64,000 bases of DNA, taken from contig MEMO01000017.1 in assembly GCA_001767955.1 (NCBI GenBank), positions 22,090-86,089 of the forward strand. Reading direction: 5' to 3'. Both the position numbers and the translations under genes were made by a program. Below, piece by piece: positions 53,453 to 63,611 of the stretch. Below the pieces are notes generated by a model. It was not told the DNA's origin. It searched no databases and worked only from the letters and a program-made list of their open reading frames with translations. Source of the DNA: Alphaproteobacteria bacterium RIFCSPLOWO2_01_FULL_40_26 (lineage in GTDB: Bacteria > Pseudomonadota > Alphaproteobacteria > Rickettsiales > UBA1997). Position 1 is the stretch's first letter. Each line of letters starts with the position of its first letter.

Positions 53453-54433
53453 ATGACAAAAAAAATAATCGGCATCGGCAATGCCATCGTTGATATTTTA
53501 TGCAAAGTCCAAGATGGATTTTTGCATGAACATAGTCTGATCAAAAATTCAATGTCTTTGATCGACGACGATACGGCAAACAAATTATCGCTGCTAAAAC
53601 CGGAAAAAATAACTTGCGGCGGATCGGTTAGTAATGCCATTGCAACCTTGGGGCAATTGGGCTGCAAAACCAGCTTTATTGGCAAAGTTGGATCTGACAA
53701 TTTTGGCACAAAATTTATCAGCGAATTGGAAAAAACCGGCACTCAATTCATCGGCGAAAGTGCTTATGGTCGTACTTCGGCAAAATCTTTCGTTATGATA
53801 ACACCGGATGCACACCGCACCATGTGCACTTTTCTTGGCTGCGCTTCCGAAATAAACGAAAATGATATCGACGACAAAAATTTCAAAGATGCCCATTATC
53901 TCTATTTGGAAGGCTATTTGTGGGATCGTGAAGAAACTATTTCCGGCCTTAAGAAAGCCATAAATCTGGCAAAAAAAGATGGATTAAAAATTGCTTTCTC
54001 TCTTTCTGATTCCTTTTGTGTCGCACGTCATAAAAAAGATTTTCTTAATCTGGTAATCAACGATCTCGATATAGTTTTTGCCAATGAACATGAAGCTTTG
54101 GAGCTTATTTCCCGCCCTGATTTTTCCGTTGAAATTTTAGGAAAAACTTTTGCAAAAAACCCAAATCTAACCGCAATTGTCACCAGAAGCGAAAAAGGCT
54201 GTATGATTTTCGACAGTGGAAATCTGTTTGAAGTTGCAGCAAAACCGGTTGAAAAAATGGTTGATACCACCGGAGCTGGCGATGCCTTTGCCGCTGGGTT
54301 TTTCTACGGTTTAGTCAATGATTTCGATCTGGAAAAATGCGGCTATTTCGGCAATCTTCTCGCCGCACAAATCATCCAAAAATTTGGCGCACGCTTTGAG
54401 AAAGAAGAAACTTTAAAACTCAAACTCGTATGA
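53453..54433 (+). CDS. PfkB-family carbohydrate/adenosine kinase
   Basis: Starts IIGIGNAIVDIL and has DTTGAGDAFAAGF. 53438 is an alternative start. Confidence 0.85.
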   Translation: MTKKIIGIGNAIVDILCKVQDGFLHEHSLIKNSMSLIDDDTANKLSLLKPEKITCGGSVSNAIATLGQLGCKTSFIGKVGSDNFGTKFISELEKTGTQFIGESAYGRTSAKSFVMITPDAHRTMCTFLGCASEINENDIDDKNFKDAHYLYLEGYLWDREETISGLKKAINLAKKDGLKIAFSLSDSFCVARHKKDFLNLVINDLDIVFANEHEALELISRPDFSVEILGKTFAKNPNLTAIVTRSEKGCMIFDSGNLFEVAAKPVEKMVDTTGAGDAFAAGFFYGLVNDFDLEKCGYFGNLLAAQIIQKFGARFEKEETLKLKLV

Positions 54434-55830
54434 ATCTTTGGAATAAAGAAGAGCTCATTGCGGCCTTGGGAGATGAGCTTCTACAAAATAATCTACCAGA
54501 AAATCTTGTAATTGACGAAGTTGTAATAGACGGACGAAAAGCCACAAAAAACGGCCTCTTCATCGCCATCAAAGGCGAAAAAAACGACGGCCATGATTTT
54601 CTCAACCAAGCCACAGAAAATGGCTGCACTACCGCAATCATCGATAAACTTACCACTTACCACTTACCACTTACCACTATTCTCGTAAAAAACACCTTCA
54701 CCGCCCTCTACAAACTCGCCGAATTTTCCCGCAAAAGAAGCAAAGCCAAAATCATCGCCATTACCGGATCAGTTGGAAAAACCGGAACAAAAGAAATGCT
54801 AAAACTGGTTTTTGAAAGTCAGGGAAAAACTTTTGCCACGGCAGGAAATCTTAACAATCATATCGGCCTCCCGCTTTGTTTGTGTAATTTCGCACGCGAT
54901 TCTGATTTTGGAATTTTTGAGATGGGAATGAATCATGCGGGAGAAATCGAACCTCTATCAAAACTTGTAAAACCACATCTTGCTTTGATTACCAACGTTG
55001 GCCCAGTTCACATCGAATTTTTCAAAAATGAGGAAGAAATCGCCAAAGCAAAAGCAGAAATTTTTTCCGGCCTTGTTGATGGCGGAATTTGCCTGATAAA
55101 CGCAGATAATAAGCATTTCGAACTCTTAAAAAAACTGGCAAAGAATTATGTTTCTTTCGGAGAAAAAAAACCTTGCGATTACCAAATCATCAAATCTGAA
55201 ACCAGCAGCGCAAACAATTCAGTGGTTGAAGCCAAGCTGAAAAACGGAAACAAAATCTACTACGAAATCGCCACTTCACAACCGGCAACAATCTTTAATT
55301 CAATCATAACCGTTGCCTGTCTTGACCTACTCGGAAATGATTTCGCCAAAGGAATATCATCGATGAAAAATCTCAAAACTGCAAATGGCAGAGGTAATGT
55401 TATCGAAACAAATAACCTCACCATCATTGATGACAGCTACAACGCCAGCGTGCTTTCCATGCGTGCCGGACTCGAACATGCAGCAAACCTGAAAAAAATC
55501 CTCGGCAAAAAAAGAGTGGTTGCTGCGCTCGGCGATATGCTTGAACTTGGTGAAAAATCCGTTGAATTGCATGAAGAAATTGCCGATTATCTGCTTCAAT
55601 TTCATATCGATTTTGCCGTTTTGGTTGGAAACAACATGACGCAAATCAGCAAAAATCTTCCCACAAATTCCTACAAAACTTTTTCTGATTCACAAACAGC
55701 AAGCCTTGAAATTGAAAGCCTCCTGCAAGACGGAGACATTCTCTATGTCAAGGGTTCTAGAGGAATGAAGATGGAAAAGTTGGTGGAAAAGTTGATTAAA
55801 AATCTAACTAATCAAAAAGGTGCTCACTGA
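54430..55830 (+). CDS. murF: UDP-N-acetylmuramoyl-tripeptide--D-alanyl-D-alanine ligase
   Basis: 466 aa with the ITGSVGKTGTKEM P-loop and a Mur ligase layout. Confidence 0.93.
   Translation: MNLWNKEELIAALGDELLQNNLPENLVIDEVVIDGRKATKNGLFIAIKGEKNDGHDFLNQATENGCTTAIIDKLTTYHLPLTTILVKNTFTALYKLAEFSRKRSKAKIIAITGSVGKTGTKEMLKLVFESQGKTFATAGNLNNHIGLPLCLCNFARDSDFGIFEMGMNHAGEIEPLSKLVKPHLALITNVGPVHIEFFKNEEEIAKAKAEIFSGLVDGGICLINADNKHFELLKKLAKNYVSFGEKKPCDYQIIKSETSSANNSVVEAKLKNGNKIYYEIATSQPATIFNSIITVACLDLLGNDFAKGISSMKNLKTANGRGNVIETNNLTIIDDSYNASVLSMRAGLEHAANLKKILGKKRVVAALGDMLELGEKSVELHEEIADYLLQFHIDFAVLVGNNMTQISKNLPTNSYKTFSDSQTASLEIESLLQDGDILYVKGSRGMKMEKLVEKLIKNLTNQKGAH
54650..54677. repeat. TTACCAC x4 heptamer array inside murF
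   Basis: Four perfect ttaccac units are read as (K)LTTYHLPLTT. Confidence 0.9.
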
Positions 55831-56872
55831 TTTTCTTGCACAGCATCTGTGGCTTAAAGCCTTTGTTTGTCTTGCTTCATCTTACATAATCGGATTTTTT
55901 AGTATCAAAAAATACATCGGTTTTGCTCATACCAATCCGAAGTTTTTTCAGCCAATTCGTAGTGATGGCCCTGAAAACCACATACAAACAAAACAAAAAA
56001 CTCCAACAATGGGCGGGATTTTTATTATCCTTGCCACTCTTACAACCACGCTGCTTTTCATTGATTTCAACAATCGCTATATTTTGGTTGTCGGCGTAAT
56101 TTTTCTGACATTTGCCGCAATCGGATTAACTGACGATTTGATGAAAATACTTTATAAAAACAGCAAAGGTTTTCGCGGCAGCATCAAACTAATTATCCAA
56201 TTCACCGTCATCGGCATCGCCTTTCTCTGGCTTGGTTCGATTGATGAAATCCACTTCAGAAACAAAGTTTTTCTACCATTCGGCCGCGGCCATTACATCA
56301 CTCTTGGCATCGTGCTTTATGTTTTGTTCGTCAATATTGTCATTGTTGGAACTTCCAACGCCGTAAACCTCACTGACGGGCTGGACGGGCTAGTTTCGGT
56401 TCCCGCAATCATCAGCCTGTGCTGCCTGATTTTAATGATTTACGCCTCATCAACACCACAACTTGCCGCCGGTTTTCATGTGCCTCATGTCAAATTTTCC
56501 GGTGAATTAATTTTCTTTTGCGTCGCACTGGTTGGCTCAATTCTGGCCTTTCTTACTTTTAATTTAAAACCGGCAAAAATTTTTATGGGCGATGTTGGAA
56601 GTCTGGCAATTGGCTCGGTTCTTGGCCTTATAGCCATCATCATCAAACAGGAATTTATTTTTTTTATAATTTCCCTGCTTTTTGTTGCCGAAGCCGCATC
56701 AGTAATTTTACAAGTCACTTCTTACAAACTACGCAAAAAAAGAATTTTCTTAATGGCGCCAATCCATCACCATTTTGAAAAAAAAGGCTGGAAGGAAATT
56801 GAAGTTGTCAGAAGATTCTGGCTTGCATCCATCTTGTTTGCAGCACTTGGGATGGGAATATTTTTATTATAA
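55820..56872 (+). CDS. mraY: phospho-N-acetylmuramoyl-pentapeptide transferase
   Basis: 350 aa with a GTG start, NAVNLTDGLDGL and a multi-TM layout. Confidence 0.94.
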   Translation: MLTDFLAQHLWLKAFVCLASSYIIGFFSIKKYIGFAHTNPKFFQPIRSDGPENHIQTKQKTPTMGGIFIILATLTTTLLFIDFNNRYILVVGVIFLTFAAIGLTDDLMKILYKNSKGFRGSIKLIIQFTVIGIAFLWLGSIDEIHFRNKVFLPFGRGHYITLGIVLYVLFVNIVIVGTSNAVNLTDGLDGLVSVPAIISLCCLILMIYASSTPQLAAGFHVPHVKFSGELIFFCVALVGSILAFLTFNLKPAKIFMGDVGSLAIGSVLGLIAIIIKQEFIFFIISLLFVAEAASVILQVTSYKLRKKRIFLMAPIHHHFEKKGWKEIEVVRRFWLASILFAALGMGIFLL

Positions 56873-56873
56873 A

Positions 56874-58436
56874 ATGACAAAAAAACCTCGCATTTATCTT
56901 TACGACTCCACCCTGCGCGACGGCGCGCAAACTGGCACCGTCAATTTTAGCGTGCGCGATAAAATCGAGATTGCAAAAGTAATTGATGAACTTGGAATCG
57001 ACTATATCGAAGGCGGCTGGCCTTCCGCCAATCCAACTGATGATGAATTTTTTGCCAATCTCCCTGCATTAAAAAAATCACAATTTGTTGCTTTCGGCAT
57101 GACACGCCGCAACAACACTTCAGCCGCAAATGACGCGGGTTTAAATGCTCTCATCAATGCCAATGTCAAAGCAGTTTGTATCGTTGGCAAAAGCTGGGAT
57201 TTTCATCTTGAACATGCTTTGCATATTTCCAAAAAAGAAAATTTGGCAATGATCGCCGACTCAATCAAACAAATCGTAAAGAAGAAAAAAGAAGCGATGT
57301 TTGATGCCGAACATTTTTTCGACGGCTATAAAGCAAATCCAAAATTTGCCATGCGCGTTATCGAAACTGCATATCAAGCTGGAGCCAGATGGATCGTGCT
57401 TTGCGACACTAATGGCGGAACTTTGCCACACGAAATTTCTGCAATCATCACCACAGTTACAAAAAAAATTCCTGGCGAGAATCTTGGAATTCATTGCCAC
57501 AACGATACTGGCAATGCCATTGCCAACTCACTTGCTGCCGTGCTTGCCGGCGTTTGTCAAATTCAGGGAACCATCAACGGACTCGGTGAAAGATGCGGCA
57601 ATACCAATCTAACTTCCATCATTCCAACCTTGATTTTGAAGATGAAATGCAATGTCGGCATTGATGAAAAACATCTGAAAAATTTGGTAAAAACCGCCAA
57701 TTTTCTCGACGATCTTTTAAATAAAGAACGCGATAAATTCGCACCTTATGTTGGCAAATATGCCTTCGCGCATAAGGGCGGATTGCATGTTTCGGCAGTG
57801 GCAAAAAATGCCAAATGTTATGAACATATCGAACCGGAAAAGGTGGGAAACCGGCGTGAAATCATGATTTCTGACCAATCTGGTCGCTCTAATGTGATTG
57901 AGCGTTTAAAAGAGATTGGAATTGAGCTACGTGATAAGATCAAGGTGAGCCAGGTTACTGATTTGGTAAATAAGGTAAAAGAGCTTGAAGCACAAGGATA
58001 TGCTTATGACGCCGCCGATGCGAGCTTTGAAATTCTGGCTAAAAAATCCCTTTCTTCAGTGCCGAATTTTTTTGATTTGATTTCTTTCCGCGTACTTGAC
58101 GAGCAAGGCAAAACATCAGAAGCAACAATTAAAATCAGAATCGGCAATAAAACCGTAATGTCAGTTGCTGAAGGAAATGGCCCCGTAAACGCGCTAGATA
58201 AGGCTTTGCGCAAAAGCCTTTCCAAAAAATATCCCAGCTTAAAAAATGTTCAACTTACCGATTACAAAGTGCGCATTCTCACCCCCAAAGCCGGCACCAA
58301 GGCCATAACTCGGGTACAAATCGAATCAACCGATGGCAAAGACAAATGGACAACCATCGGCGTTTCCGAAAATATTGTTGAAGCTTCCTTCCGCGCGCTA
58401 CACGATTCCATCACTTACAAATTGATGAAAAACTAG
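56874..58436 (+). CDS. cimA: citramalate synthase / 2-isopropylmalate synthase family protein
   Basis: Start is at the internal Met (MTKKPRIYLYDSTLRDGAQ). It has HCHNDTGNAIANS and a C-terminal LeuA-dimer-type regulatory domain. The ORF-track start at 56775 overlaps mraY. Confidence 0.85.
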   Translation: MTKKPRIYLYDSTLRDGAQTGTVNFSVRDKIEIAKVIDELGIDYIEGGWPSANPTDDEFFANLPALKKSQFVAFGMTRRNNTSAANDAGLNALINANVKAVCIVGKSWDFHLEHALHISKKENLAMIADSIKQIVKKKKEAMFDAEHFFDGYKANPKFAMRVIETAYQAGARWIVLCDTNGGTLPHEISAIITTVTKKIPGENLGIHCHNDTGNAIANSLAAVLAGVCQIQGTINGLGERCGNTNLTSIIPTLILKMKCNVGIDEKHLKNLVKTANFLDDLLNKERDKFAPYVGKYAFAHKGGLHVSAVAKNAKCYEHIEPEKVGNRREIMISDQSGRSNVIERLKEIGIELRDKIKVSQVTDLVNKVKELEAQGYAYDAADASFEILAKKSLSSVPNFFDLISFRVLDEQGKTSEATIKIRIGNKTVMSVAEGNGPVNALDKALRKSLSKKYPSLKNVQLTDYKVRILTPKAGTKAITRVQIESTDGKDKWTTIGVSENIVEASFRALHDSITYKLMKN

Positions 58437-59718
58437 TTTTTAGCAGACAATTTCCTCTTTTCAAATCCCGCCAATATTCCAACCGCTTTTTCAATTCTCG
58501 TTCAAATCCTCGCTCATTTGGCTCAAAGAATTTTGGATGGGATTTTTTTAGTAATTCTTCGGGGAAAAAATTCTGTCCAGAAAAACAATTTGGCGTGTCA
58601 TGATCGTAGATATAGCCTTGACCATAGCCTTCTTCCTTCATCATTTTTGTTGGCGCATTTAAAATATTTTTTGGTGGCATTAATTGTGTCGAATTTTCTG
58701 CTGCTTCCATTGCTGCCTTGTGTGCCAGATAAGCAGAGTTGGATTTTGGCGCAGTGGCACAATAAATCGTTGCATAGCTCAAAGCATAATCACCTTCCGG
58801 CGAGCCGAGAAAATCGTAATTTTCTTTCGCCGCCATCACTTGCAAAAGCGCATTTGGATCAGACAGACCAATATCTTCAGTAGCAAAGCGTGCCAGCCTA
58901 CGCAAAATGTAATATGGATCTTCTTTTGCCACCATCATTCGAGCAAGATAATAAAGTGCCGCATCAACATCCGAACCACGCAAAGATTTATGAAAGGCGC
59001 TGATTAAATTGAAATGAACATCGCCATTTTTATCAAAATTTGCCGCACGTTTTGAGATAAGTTTTTGTAAATCATCAACATCCAGAAGTTTTGTTGTTTT
59101 GAGATTTATTAATTCTTCGCAAGCATTGAGCAAATAACGCGCGTCACCACAAGACAGAGAAATCAAGGCTTCGCGCGCTACAGAATCTAACGGCAATTTC
59201 TTCTCCATCTGTTTTTCAACGCGCTGCAAAATTTTTTCCAAAGCATTTTCATCAAGAATTTTCAGAGTGATAATTTTACAGCGTGAAAGCAGCGCCGAGT
59301 TAAGATAAAATGACGGATTTTCAGTTGTGGTACCAATCAGCGTAATTGTTCCATCTTCAACAAAAGGCAAAAAAAGATCCTGTTGTGTTTTGTTGAAGTG
59401 ATGAATTTCATCAATCATGAGGATGGTTTTGCCAACATATTTTCTTGCTGTTTCAACAATTTTTCTGATGTCAGCCACACCAGAATTTATCGCCGAAATT
59501 GCAATAAATTCTGCGTCACAAATTTTTGCCAGAGCTTTGGCAATCGTTGTCTTTCCTACTCCCGTTGGCCCCCATAAAATCATCGATGGCACATTTTTGC
59601 TTTGGATAATCACCTGCAATGCACCATTTTCACAAAAAAGATGTTCTTGCCCGATCACCTCTTCCAGATTTTTCGGACGCATTGCATCTGCAAGCGGCGT
59701 GTTAAAAAATTTTTTCAT
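58411..59718 (-). CDS. rarA: replication-associated recombination protein A (AAA+ ATPase)
   Basis: 435 aa with Walker A GPTGVGKTT, Walker B MIDEIHHFNK and a MgsA C-terminal domain. It has a 26-nt convergent overlap with cimA. Confidence 0.92.
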   Translation of the reverse strand: MKKFFNTPLADAMRPKNLEEVIGQEHLFCENGALQVIIQSKNVPSMILWGPTGVGKTTIAKALAKICDAEFIAISAINSGVADIRKIVETARKYVGKTILMIDEIHHFNKTQQDLFLPFVEDGTITLIGTTTENPSFYLNSALLSRCKIITLKILDENALEKILQRVEKQMEKKLPLDSVAREALISLSCGDARYLLNACEELINLKTTKLLDVDDLQKLISKRAANFDKNGDVHFNLISAFHKSLRGSDVDAALYYLARMMVAKEDPYYILRRLARFATEDIGLSDPNALLQVMAAKENYDFLGSPEGDYALSYATIYCATAPKSNSAYLAHKAAMEAAENSTQLMPPKNILNAPTKMMKEEGYGQGYIYDHDTPNCFSGQNFFPEELLKKSHPKFFEPNERGFERELKKRLEYWRDLKRGNCLLKTSFSSICK

Positions 59719-59726
59719 AAAATAGA

Positions 59727-59756
59727 TTGACCATTTTGTTGACCATTTTTATGGTC
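59727..59756. promoter_or_regulatory. putative operator repeats upstream of the phd/vapC pair
   Basis: ttgaccatttt-g-ttgaccattttt-atggtc contains a direct repeat plus an inverted gaccat/atggtc, 26-55 nt before the antitoxin ATG. Confidence 0.4.
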
Positions 59757-59781
59757 TTTTTCAAAACTAATTTCCTGACCT

Positions 59782-60063
59782 ATGATCTCTGAAAATATTA
59801 GCGAAATCAAAACGAATTTTTCTTATTATCTCAACCTCGCCATCAAAAAAGGCAAGCCAATCATCATTTGCAACCATAATGTTCCGGTTGCTGAATTAAA
59901 GGCGATAGAGCCTGTTAGCAAAAGAAAACTTGGGGTTTGTAAAGATAAAATCATTTTACCGGATGATTTTAATGAAACATCGCAAGACATTATTGATTCT
60001 TTTTACACTAATAACATTTTCCCAAAAACTTTACAAAAAAAACGCAAAAAAACCCCTAAATAA
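59782..60063 (+). CDS. Phd/YefM-type antitoxin
   Basis: 93 aa. The N-terminus ISEIKTNFSYYLNLAIKKGKPIIICNHNVPVAEL is typical of Phd/YefM. It lies immediately upstream of the PIN toxin. Confidence 0.75.
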   Translation: MISENISEIKTNFSYYLNLAIKKGKPIIICNHNVPVAELKAIEPVSKRKLGVCKDKIILPDDFNETSQDIIDSFYTNNIFPKTLQKKRKKTPK

Positions 60064-60065
60064 TC

Positions 60066-60455
60066 ATGAAATACCTACTAGACACCTGCACCTATATCTG
60101 GATTATAACTAATCATGAAAAGCTATCGAATGAGGTGAAAGAAATTTTCCAAAATAAAAACAACAAGATTTACATCAGTATTATTTCACAAATTGAAATG
60201 TCGGTAAAACACCTCAAACACAAGATTCCGGGCATAACAGAACCAATAATTCACTATTTTAAAAGTTTCAGAATCGAAAGCGAAACCGAACTACTTAATC
60301 TTGAGCAAGAAGATATTGAAGGCGTTTTTGCACTTCCAAGAATCCACTCTGACCCTTTCGATCGCCTCCTGATTTCACAAGCCATCAACAACCACATGGC
60401 CATCATTACGCCCGACAAAAAATTTTCGAAATATCCGGTTAAAATTATTTTTTGA
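60066..60455 (+). CDS. vapC: VapC-family PIN-domain toxin
   Basis: 129 aa starting MKYLLDTCTYIW, with HSDPFDRLLISQA and IITPDKKF. Confidence 0.85.
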   Translation: MKYLLDTCTYIWIITNHEKLSNEVKEIFQNKNNKIYISIISQIEMSVKHLKHKIPGITEPIIHYFKSFRIESETELLNLEQEDIEGVFALPRIHSDPFDRLLISQAINNHMAIITPDKKFSKYPVKIIF

Positions 60456-60808
60456 TGAAAATAGCCAACACTACACAAGCGCCATGCTACGCCGTAATCT
60501 TCACCTCTCTTCGTTTTGCAAAAGATAATGGCTATCTGGCTATGTCTAAAAAAATGATTGAATTGGCACAAAAACAAGATGGGTGTTTGGGATATGAATC
60601 TGCTCGCGAAGACTTAGGAATTACGGTTTCATATTGGCGCAATCTTGAATCAATCAAAAAATGGAAAGAAAATTCCACACATCTTTTTGCGCAAAAACAA
60701 GGCAAAGAAAAATGGTATTCGGCCTACAAAGTCAGAATTTGCAAGGTTGAACATGATTATGAGTTTACAAACAACTCCCAATCTTATTTTGACAAATTTT
60801 CTCAGTGA
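60452..60808 (+). CDS. antibiotic biosynthesis monooxygenase (ABM) domain protein
   Basis: 118 aa. YAVIFTS...GYLGYESAR...VSYWRNLESIKKWKEN is an ABM-like ferredoxin-fold pattern. Confidence 0.7.
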   Translation: MMKIANTTQAPCYAVIFTSLRFAKDNGYLAMSKKMIELAQKQDGCLGYESAREDLGITVSYWRNLESIKKWKENSTHLFAQKQGKEKWYSAYKVRICKVEHDYEFTNNSQSYFDKFSQ

Positions 60809-61616
60809 TCTGCAAAAGTTTCTTCACATCTTTTGCCAGAATCTCCAAATCCTCTTTTGCCACATAAAAATCGGCATCATATCTGCCACTAATGTAAGCC
60901 TCTTCAAGAAGTTCAAAACGATCCTGTTGTGATTTGGTTTTTTGAGGGAAAAGTTTTTTTAAATCGGAATGAAGATGGTTAACATCTTGCACAAGATATG
61001 AGAGAAAATGTTCGTGGGGAGAGTAGTTGGTAAAAACCAGATGTAGGGTTTTATAGGCATGTTCTGCAGTTTGATGCAAATGAAATGCTGCCCTGTTCCA
61101 ACGCTTTGTGCGAAAACAAAATTTATAAGTTTCAAAAAAATCTTGTGCACACTGAAAAGTTTCATCGAAATAATCCCTTGCAATTCTTTGCTTTTCCTCC
61201 GGTTTTAATCTTCTTTTTTTTGCCAATTTAAACCTTGTTGAATCATAAAGCATGATCCCTTCTTTTTTGATATCAGAAAAAAAATACTGCCCTTCTGCGA
61301 GCTTGATATTCAGCATTCCAATATCATGAAATTCTGTTCTTACCAAAGCACTTAATTTCAATTTCTGACATACTGAAGCAATTTTATGCCATCGAGATTT
61401 ATCTTTTTTTTCCGTGATAACCAAAATGTCATAATCAGAAATTCTTCTAAAACCCGGCTTGTCTGGCACCACATCTTTAACTTCGCGCCAACTTCCTCTG
61501 GCGTAAGAGCCGAATAAAATTATCATTTCAATATCGGCAAGATTACGAATTAAGCTGACAATCTTTTTTAGTTCCAGCTGTTTTGATTTGGGAAGATGAT
61601 CAAACGAGTTTTTCAT
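60765..61616 (-). CDS. fused nucleotidyltransferase (MNT-like) + HEPN domain protein, second paralogue
   Basis: 283 aa with [10 protein letters not shown]...SDYDILVI, then [14 protein letters not shown] and AYISGRY. Its 5' end overlaps the dxs stop by 17 nt and its 3' end overlaps the ABM gene by 44 nt. Confidence 0.75.
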   Translation of the reverse strand: MKNSFDHLPKSKQLELKKIVSLIRNLADIEMIILFGSYARGSWREVKDVVPDKPGFRRISDYDILVITEKKDKSRWHKIASVCQKLKLSALVRTEFHDIGMLNIKLAEGQYFFSDIKKEGIMLYDSTRFKLAKKRRLKPEEKQRIARDYFDETFQCAQDFFETYKFCFRTKRWNRAAFHLHQTAEHAYKTLHLVFTNYSPHEHFLSYLVQDVNHLHSDLKKLFPQKTKSQQDRFELLEEAYISGRYDADFYVAKEDLEILAKDVKKLLQITEKICQNKIGSCL

Positions 61617-63513
61617 AAAGCTGCGTTATTGTTAAGACGATGGCATCAGCGCCAATTCCCGACTCATTTTGCATCTTTTCCTGTGAATTTTGTTCGATGA
61701 ATTTATCAGCCATAAAAAGTGAGCGGAATTTTAAATTGCCGTCGAGCATTGCGTTTGCAAGCAGGAATTGTGCTACAGCCGAGCCGAATCCACCGACTGC
61801 ACCTTCTTCAATTGTGATTAGCGCTTCGTGATTTTTTGCTAAATCGCACAACAGATTTTCATCGATAGGCTTGGCAAAACGTGCATCGGCAATGGTAATT
61901 TTTATACCATGTTTTTCCTGCAAGATTTTTGCCGCTTTCATGACATTGCTTAAAATCGTTCCACAAGCAATCACTGCAACTCCGCTTCCTTCCTGAATCA
62001 AGCGCCCTTTGCCAATTTCCATAATTTCATCATCATTAAAATCTATTTCACAATTTGTTTCGCCACGTGGAAAACGAAACGCTGACGGACGATCATCAAT
62101 CGCGTTTGCTGTGTTAATCGCTTTCACCAACTCCTGCCCGCCTGATGGCGCCATTAAAACAAAATCCGGTAAATTTATGAGATAGGCGATGTCATATGAA
62201 CCTGCATGAGTCGGACCATCAGCACCAACAAATCCGGCACGATCGATAGCAAAACGCACTGGCAATTTTTGTACTGCCACATCATGAATCACCTGATCAT
62301 AAGCACGTTGCAAAAAAGTTGAGTAAATCGCCACGTAGGGCTTCATACCGCAAGCTGCAAGGCCGGTAGCAAATGTGACCGCATGCTGTTCGGCGATGCC
62401 AACATCAAACATTCTTTTTTTATGAATTTTAGCAAACTCATCCAAACCAGTGCCGGAAGGCATTGCCGCAGTAATTGCCAAAATTTTTTCATCTTTTTTT
62501 GCCAGCTCGGCAAGATGTCTGCCAAAAATTTTTGAGTAACTGACGCCAGAACTCACGGACTTTTGCTGCTCTCCGGTTTCGGGATCAAATTTGGCAACGG
62601 CATGAAGTTTATCCGCGCTTTTCATCACCTCATTATAGCCATAACCCTTCTCGGTCACACAATGGATGAGGATTGGATCAGTTGAGTGATCATCACGAAT
62701 ATTTTGTAAAATCGGAATCAAAACATCGAGATTATGCCCGTCAACCGGCCCGACATAATAAAATCCAAGCTCCTCAAAAATATTGCCGCCCATCCACCAT
62801 TCCTTTGTCGCCTTTTCCAATTTGCGCGGAAAATGCGAAATGGCATTTGGAAGTTTTTCAGTAATTTTTTTGGCAAGATCGCGAATTTTCAGATAGGATT
62901 TTGATGAGGCAACGCGCGAAAGATAATGCGACATTGCACCGGTTGGTGGCGCAATTGACATATCATTGTCATTCAAAATCACGATGAGACGATTGTCATG
63001 AAAAAATTCATCCTCAAGCGCACCAGCGTTATTCATGGCTTCAAAGGCCATTCCCGCTGACATTGCACCATCTCCAATCACTGCAATAACATGTGATTTT
63101 TCGTTTTTGAATTTTTTGGCAACAGAAAATCCAAGCGCGGCGGAAATAGAAGTGGAGCTATGCCCTGCCCCAAATGGATCATATTCGCTTTCTTTTCTTT
63201 TTGTGAAACCAGACAGGCCGGAAGGCTGGCGGATGGTTTTCATTTTTTCGCGCCGACCGGTTAGAATTTTGTGCGGATAAGATTGATGACCAACATCCCA
63301 AATCAAAATATCGCGCGGCGTATCAAAAACATAATGCAAAGCGCATGTCAACTCAACCACACCAAGCCCCGCACCCAAATGTCCGCCAGTTTGCGACACG
63401 GCAAAAATCGTTTCAAAACGCAGCTCATCAGCCAGTTTTTTTATTTCTTCCGGCGAAAATTTTTTTAGATCGGCAGGAATTTTAACCTGATTGAGTAAAG
63501 GAGTTTTGGTCAT
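61600..63513 (-). CDS. dxs: 1-deoxy-D-xylulose-5-phosphate synthase
   Basis: 637 aa with [12 protein letters not shown] and the TPP motif [18 protein letters not shown]. Confidence 0.96.
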   Translation of the reverse strand: MTKTPLLNQVKIPADLKKFSPEEIKKLADELRFETIFAVSQTGGHLGAGLGVVELTCALHYVFDTPRDILIWDVGHQSYPHKILTGRREKMKTIRQPSGLSGFTKRKESEYDPFGAGHSSTSISAALGFSVAKKFKNEKSHVIAVIGDGAMSAGMAFEAMNNAGALEDEFFHDNRLIVILNDNDMSIAPPTGAMSHYLSRVASSKSYLKIRDLAKKITEKLPNAISHFPRKLEKATKEWWMGGNIFEELGFYYVGPVDGHNLDVLIPILQNIRDDHSTDPILIHCVTEKGYGYNEVMKSADKLHAVAKFDPETGEQQKSVSSGVSYSKIFGRHLAELAKKDEKILAITAAMPSGTGLDEFAKIHKKRMFDVGIAEQHAVTFATGLAACGMKPYVAIYSTFLQRAYDQVIHDVAVQKLPVRFAIDRAGFVGADGPTHAGSYDIAYLINLPDFVLMAPSGGQELVKAINTANAIDDRPSAFRFPRGETNCEIDFNDDEIMEIGKGRLIQEGSGVAVIACGTILSNVMKAAKILQEKHGIKITIADARFAKPIDENLLCDLAKNHEALITIEEGAVGGFGSAVAQFLLANAMLDGNLKFRSLFMADKFIEQNSQEKMQNESGIGADAIVLTITQLYEKLV

Positions 63514-63611
63514 TTAACTTTTGAATGTTAGCTTGAGAAGACATATTTTGTGAGGGGCAAATGACTCATAGAGAATAGAGTAATTGCAAATCTAAAATCA
63601 AAATCTCAAAA

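Noticed and set aside
53428-53896. ORFs antisense to the PfkB kinase gene: 53428..53742 and 53594..53896.
   Set aside because: They overlap a well-supported conserved CDS and have no motifs or start context.
59905-59925. gatagagcctgttagc inside the Phd-like antitoxin gene resembles an A-family terminus.
   Set aside because: There is only an 11-nt match, no inverted partner and no disruption of the reading frame. It is probably chance.
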